Part shown: piece by piece, positions 57,685-64,000 of the stretch
Position numbering within the stretch: the first letter of the stretch is position 1
How the letters are laid out: each line of letters starts with the position of its first letter
From: the human T2T-CHM13v2.0 reference genome, Homo sapiens
Assembly (NCBI RefSeq): GCF_009914755.1
Contig: NC_060925.1
Direction: 5' to 3' (one strand)
DNA: 64,000 nt
Notes under the pieces: model-generated
Databases searched by the model: none
What the model was told of the DNA's origin: nothing
Seen by the model: only the letters and a program-made list of their open reading frames with translations
Program-made: the position numbers and the translations under genes

Positions 57685-59185
57685 GTTTGTTTGTTTTGAA
57701 CAACTTCACTAATGGAAACACAACTTTCACTAGTGGAAATCTCCGCATTTATAGGTGCCATCCAGAATGTAGGTTTAGTCTGTGAAGGACCAGAAAAGAA
57801 AGTGAAATCTATGGACCCTGGCCTCAAGGTGTTTAAATTCATGGGGAGCAGAGGATAAATGCAAAATAAATCCTTCATATTCACAGTGGAAAAATACATG
57901 TAAACAAATTACTATTAATTGAGCCAGTTCAGTAAAATATTAGCATAGATTAAAGAAAATGTTAGATAATTAATCTGACTTTTTTTTACTGCCATAGCAG
58001 TGCCTTAGTCCTGAAATAGAATTCAAATAGTGGTAAAGATGAGAAATTGCAAATCCATCTGGGATCAGCGGGTTTTGGTGGTAGAATTAAAGAACAGAAA
58101 ACAGAGGAGAATTAATGATGATGATAAATATGTAATTCTCTTGAGCTAAAGTATTATGTTGTATCTACAATGATGAGGGAAGATAAAATACTAAATTTTG
58201 CTTTAGACATAGTTTATTTCCTGCAAAACCAAGTTATCTAAGACTTCCATTTATGCTTGATTATTCAATATTCTTTCTTCTCTTAAAAAATTAATAATAC
58301 TCAGAGTTTATTAAAAAAATGAGATACTTTCACATTCAGGATTACTGGCCACATTTAATAAAGCCTTAATTAATAAAGCGCCCTACCTATGAGGATGTTC
58401 AGATATCCTGATTATCGTTACTTATTTGTCTTTATTTGTCATCATTTATTGTTAGTTTTTAGAAGAAATTACTAAGTGAATTACTGAAGTTTAGTTTATT
58501 TTTTAAAAAATTAATAAGCATTTAAAAAGGTAAATGTTTGGTCACTAGCACCCATCTAATCTATCTTGTACTTTACAGATTTGACCAGTAGGAACTGAGA
58601 TTCAACGTCCCCAAGACTGCAAAAGTACCTACAATCAAACAAATTAATATATTTCCTAATTGGATCAGCATGCAGACAAGTTTACAAATATATTACAGAA
58701 AGATTTGAAGAGGGATTCTGGTTACGTTCAGTTAAGCAGGACACTAATCCTGAACAATCTGATGTATTAAAGTTTCTAATGTTTGTATCTTTGGTTTGAT
58801 GCATACAATAGAGTGGAAGTCTGTAGTAGTTAATATGATGATAATTCGCTTCTAAATTTAAATCCTTATTTATATATGAAGCATAGCTATGTCAATGTCC
58901 AGGGAAGCATTTTTAAATAGTAAATCAGAAACATGTAAACTAGTGAATACAATTTTCTATTTTTCATTCAGAAATTTGTTGTCATAGATGCAGCCTTTAT
59001 CTGGAAATCAGTGGGCAGCTCTGGTCAAGCACAGCATGGCGACCACTGTGTAGTATTTTACCACCTAATCCTTAGTAGCCAACACTGTTAAATCTGCATA
59101 ATGGGTAGCATATGAATAAAATAATATCTTGTAAAATGTTCTCTCTCTCTCCTTCACTGGTTTGCTCTATCTCTGCCTCCCTCAT

Positions 59186-59385
59186 GTATTCCTTAGTACT
59201 AGACGTGGATCATGGATTTTACACCGTGTTTGGGATAATGGGTATCCCATGGATAGTTCATTTTTCACTCGGTTCAATAGTTTTCTCCAGAAAATACTAA
59301 CTACACCACAAATAAATAACCAGCTAGAGAAAATAATGAACTCAAGATTTAATCATGCGCACTGTGGCCTGCAGCCTCAGCACAG
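59186..59385 (+). pseudogene. FMO pseudogene 2 exon 6 (200 nt, open frame, both splice sites mutated)
   Basis: VFLSTRRGSWILHRVWDNGYPMD...RFNHAHCGLQPQHR; acceptor reads ctcAT| and donor reads |ATGATC. Confidence 0.9.
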
Positions 59386-60317
59386 ATGATCACCAAGGGG
59401 CCTTACTTTATGCAATTATGTGTATGTGTAAAAGGGAAGTTACCTTAAAGACAGTTCAGCTTCTGGCAATTAACATGTATTTCGGTCAAGTAATCTCATA
59501 CACTCGCTAATATAAATCACTTATATTATGACGTATATAATATATATCATTGCACCTAAATGGGTCAGACAAGTGTCTGGAGAACAGCTTCAGGAACCTC
59601 CAAGATGAGAATGGGAGAATGGCAGATCTTGGAAAGAACTTGGTGTGGACTTTGGTAAATGTCAAAGTCAGCCCTTCATGAAGAATGCCTGGCACTAGCA
59701 CTGCACAGGTTAAGAAAAATATGAAGGAGTAGGCTGAGTCCTTCCTGAGGCCAGGAAAGGACTAAAAATGAGGAGACAGGAAGGCCTTCTCTATGTACAT
59801 CAGCAAGAGAATGCATTACTGGTTTCTATATCTTGGACAGAAAGAAGTAGTCCTCTTCACCTTTTACTGCCTGTAGAACAGCGACCACAAGGAGCATTCT
59901 GATAACCAGACATCAGCCCCAATGAGCTATCAAAAATGTACCATCCCATGTAAATGAATCGGTATCCAGAGAAATGATTCAGAACATCAGAGCACATGCC
60001 TAGCTAGGCAAATTGAGGAGGAAAAAGAAGTCAACTTGCATTGGAATAGGAAGAGATCTTAAGGGGAATTCAAGTGAAACATGAAATATTATTCAGAGCT
60101 TAAGAATATCATTTGGCAACTAAAGACAGGAGTAGATAAATTGAGGGAAAAATGGTTACTGGATAGATTAAGAGAAATTGGAATAGGTGGAGAAGACTTG
60201 GTGCTTAAATAAATAATAGAATACTTTTTTTCAGATTGAAAAGAGACCACTGAATTCCAGGATGGATTGTGGACACACATGCACACAAATATACCCGTTC
60301 ACATACATGTACCATCA

Positions 60318-60745
60318 TGTAGGATTCCTCCATTGCCCCTACTTTTTTCTTTTTCCTGATCAAGAGATATCAGCCAGCTGCATGTTTTCCCTTGCAGGCC
60401 TAAACCCAGGCCTGGGCCTTGAACATTTTCAGCCACTGATAAAGGTATTTAGGTTATTGCCCCAAACACCAAAGGATACTAACCCTGGACCTAAGCCAGA
60501 TTCCTTAAGCTCTCAGATAAATATCATAACCTGACCCTCTCACTGTGGATATACCTAAGCAGAACATCCCTTGTCTTATTGTCCATCACCAGGATACACA
60601 GCAGCCTCCTCTGTACATAAGTTCCCCTAGTAAACACTTTGCAATGATCACTCTGGCATTTAGTGCTTCTTTCTTCAGAATCCTAGTCAGTTTCATCTCA
60701 GAACAATTTGAAACCCTCCCCTGCAGAAACTCCCAAGCCACCGCT
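60318..60745 (+). mobile_element. Probable old ERV1-class solo LTR (MER90/MER110-like)
   Basis: GC-richer ~430-bp block beginning tgtagg, with gggccttgaacatt...actgataaaggtatttaggtt and an agtaaa signal. Family assignment tentative. Confidence 0.45.
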
Positions 60746-60758
60746 AAAAAATACAAAA

Positions 60759-60814
60759 GATAGATGATAGATAGATAGATGATAGAGATAGATAGATAGA
60801 TTAGATAGATAGAT

Positions 60815-60852
<38 letters not shown>
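60759..60852. repeat. (GATA)n tetranucleotide microsatellite
   Basis: Interrupted tagatagataga run. Confidence 0.95.
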
Positions 60853-60854
<2 letters not shown>

Positions 60855-62358
60855 TATTCCATCTGGGATTGTGTAATGTAAGTGCTAAAAAAAGACTTTA
60901 AACAAAGGATGTATAGCATAAGGAAAATTCTAATAAATGTGTTAAATTGCCTCAACAAACTCAAGGAGTGAAGAAGAAAGAAAAGAGAACAATGAGTGAC
61001 TTGACTAGAGCTACAATTTAGAAAATTAATCTACCTGGTGGAATAAAAAACCAAGAGTCAGAGATTCCTTTTAATTTTGAGTTTTTGTGTTTGTAAGAAT
61101 ACTTTGCATATTACAGAAATCAATACTTTTTAGAATCATCTGTTACATTTTTTTCTGATCATATCATTTTCCCATTGATTTAGCTTTTTAAATACAGAGA
61201 AATCTTAACTTTCAATACTGATATATTTCCATCTCTTCTGTCATAACTTCTGAGTTTTTAAACTAGATGAAGAAGGTCTACCCAGCCCCAAGATTGTAAA
61301 AATAGTCTCCAAAATTTACCGGCAAGATTCTCACTTTTTAAAAATTTTGATACTTACGTCTTTAATCAATCAAGAATTTATTTTCAACCTGGTAACTATA
61401 AGGGTCGAATTTTATTTACGTATGTCTAGTAATGCTCACATTACCCTCAGATTAAGTAGAAAACAGTGGCCTTGCATTTTTACTCTCTACTCCTTCCCTT
61501 AAAGTTTCTTAAATCAAACTTAGCTCCACACGTTTCTATATATGCTTGGCTTGTCTAGACCTATATCTCTGTTCACTTCTTTCCCTCTACCTCATTTTCA
61601 GTCTAGGTCTTACCTACCTATAACAGATCCTCCCACTGGTTGTTACTGAGTAGCTCCTCCTTTCTTAAAACAGAAGACTGTCTGGACAAGGCAGTAACGT
61701 GACACCGTTTTCTCTAATAACAGTGAGTGAAAATCCACTGCATGGAGTTTCTGAGAAGGCAAATGTTTTCAACATAAATCTTTGCCTCTCCTCTTTCTCA
61801 TTGTCCCTCTTTGGAATGTTGTTTCAATGCTTGGAGGTACAGTTCTTTAAGACAACAATTTGCCATTTAGCAAATATTTGAATGGGTACTTATATCAGGC
61901 AACTTTATAGCTAATTCTGCTACAGACATATTTATTATATATCTAACTTCAGTACTGATTTTGCCTACAAATGATAAGAATTTGGTAGAAAATAAGGTGG
62001 AGAGAAGGCTAATAATAATTTATGACATCTTTTCAAACTGGGATCCATAGTCATATATCATTTTTCCCTCAATTCTAAGTAGTTTAAAATATTTTAGCAC
62101 TAAAACAAATAAGCATTATGGCACAGAATCAAAATATACACAAGTTTTCAAGACAATGTAAGACTAGAAAAAATGTAGAGCTGAGGTAGCCACTAAAGCA
62201 CTTAGGTGTAAAATTACCCACTTCTGCCATTAGAGGCAAAAAGTAGGATAGGTACAGAGTCAGAGGAAAAATAGAAGTTGTTGGCTTCAATCCCTTCTCA
62301 TATGCATTATTTTCTTTTTGTATATTTGCTTACTCAGGACTTTTATTTTTACATACAG

Positions 62359-62711
62359 GGCTTTAAGTCAGCATCCAACTGTCAGTGATGACCTGCCAAA
62401 TCACATAATTTCTGGAAAAGTCCAAGTAAAGCCCAGCGTGAAGGAGTTCACAGAAACAGATGCCATTTTTGAAGACAGCACTGTAGAGGAGAATATTGAT
62501 GTTGTCATCTTTGCTACAGGATACAGTTTTTCTTTTTCTTTCCTTGATGGTCTGATCAAGGTTACTAACAATGAAGTATCTCTGTATAAGCTTATGTTCC
62601 CTCCTGACCTGGAGAAGCCAACCTTGGCTGTCATCGGTCTTATCCAACCACTGGGCATCATCTTACCTATTGCAGAGCTCCAATCTCGTTGGGCTACACG
62701 AGTGTTCAAAG
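62359..62711 (+). pseudogene. FMO pseudogene 2 exon 7 (353 nt, open)
   Basis: atacAG acceptor; [25 protein letters not shown]...VIFATGY...[13 protein letters not shown]; GTATGT donor. Confidence 0.95.
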
Positions 62712-62856
62712 GTATGTGAATAAATGTCGGATAAAGGCCTAATATTTCACCTAAAGTTAATACTCTGTTTTTTCTTAACACTAGTTCTCTCTTTTCAGCA
62801 AAATGCACCCCTCTTATTCCTAGGAATCCTGACAAACTCTGAATTTTCTCTTCTAG

Positions 62857-62929
62857 GGCTGATCAAATTACCCTCAGCGGAGAACATGATGGCAGATATT
62901 GCCCAGAGGAAAAGGGCTATGGAAAAACG
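62857..62929 (+). pseudogene. FMO pseudogene 2 exon 8 (73 nt, open)
   Basis: ttctAG acceptor; LIKLPSAENMMADIAQRKRAMEKR; GTAAAT donor. Confidence 0.93.
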
Positions 62930-64000
62930 GTAAATTAATAATTAGTAGCAACTAGTTGGAGACCTTCATAGGGATCACAAAATTTTAAATCTTAAATTCT
63001 AAATATATGCTTCATCTCATTGAATTATGCAGGCATTTTTCTCCATTTCCTACACTATATTGTTATACAACACCAAAACAAGTATGAATCTTAGTTCCCT
63101 AACTCAGTTTTGCAACAAATAGTCATATATTTATTCTCTTTAAGTCATACTAAATTTGAATTTAAGCCCTCTATATCAATTTCAGTCATTATGAATATTT
63201 CTCCCAGGATCTCATTATGAATATTTCTTCCCAGGAACTCAAGAAGCTTATGTGATTTCCCAAAATGTGAGAATAGTTTCTGATTTTCACCACATCGTGT
63301 TCTTTACTGACATCCTTGTTGCCTAAGTTTAAAGTATACCCTTCATGTCTGGAGGCTTTTGGCTTCCCTATCACAAGTAGAGTGCAGGAATCCTTACTGA
63401 GAATGGGGGCTCCAGCTAAGATGGGCTTGGAGCTCAGCCTCCCTAGGAACCCACACAGCTACTCTCTCTGACATCTTGCCCTAGATTCCTAGACTTTTTC
63501 AGACCAGTTTTCAATTTCCTGCTGTGTGAAATCTCTCCCTTTCCTCTCTTGTTAACTTAAAATACATTTATATTATTCTTTTCCATGAGCCCAGAATTTA
63601 AGAAATAACAAACTAGAAGGGGAGTTGTCTTGCAAATAAGGTACTTCTTTGGTCATGTAACAAAAAATATCTCTGAAACAAGGGAACAGGAAAGGCTTGG
63701 CCACTTTTGCAGAGAGCAGAAGAAAGGAATATAGATAGAAAAGATACAAATTCATATCTTAATAAATAACCTTGCCACATTATTTCAGCATTCTAAAGAC
63801 TTTATGTGTGTGTGTGTCCATACAAAGATATGAAATTCATTCCCATTAACTGCCCCCACACACAGACACTTTACAGTTTTACAAACTTTGCAACACAGAG
63901 AAAACCATTCGTTGAAAAGGCCTTCAAGTGTTGCACTCATCAATACTTGGAAGAAGAAGTGAATTCATTAAAATGTATTTTATGCCTATTGTATTAGTCA

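Noticed and set aside
57700-57742. Short duplicated motif caacttcactaatggaaa / caactttcactagtggaaa
   Set aside because: A ~20-bp slippage duplication in an intron with no evidence of function.
59386-59392. AT at the exon 6 donor as a U12 AT-AC intron
   Set aside because: The sequence is ATGATC, not ATATCCT, and the intron ends in AG; a point mutation explains it.
62363-62835. Minus-strand ORFs overlapping FMO exons (also 46247, 54706, 57564)
   Set aside because: Antisense shadows of former coding exons with no independent protein similarity.

Overview
Mammalian (primate, almost certainly human) genomic DNA, AT-rich and repeat-dense, not prokaryotic. It holds two tandem, + strand, intron-containing flavin-containing monooxygenase (FMO) pseudogenes. 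The first (coding exons 2-9, about 90-14627) is heavily decayed. The second (exons 2-8 visible, 46358-62929; exon 9 not seen in the window) is nearly intact but has a 1-nt frameshift after the ATG and two dead splice sites on exon 6. From recalled knowledge these fit FMO8P and FMO9P of the 1q24 pseudogene cluster; this was not verified by search. Between them lies a 5656-bp internally deleted type-2 HERV-K(HML-2) provirus on the - strand (39274-44929, GCATGT target-site duplication). The window also has a MER11 solo LTR, other solo LTRs, Alus, L1/L2/MIR relics, MER1/MER5/MER58 DNA transposons and microsatellites. The most interesting signals are an intact spliceable 105-codon rec ORF in the otherwise ruined provirus, a microhomology deletion that removes its major splice donor, a ~1-kb chimeric mini-L1 insertion with an unexplained 5' extension, and a ~180-bp direct repeat bracketing exon 6 of the first pseudogene. 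I see no convincing wholly new biological system. Repeat subfamily names are from pattern recognition and should be confirmed with RepeatMasker/Dfam.
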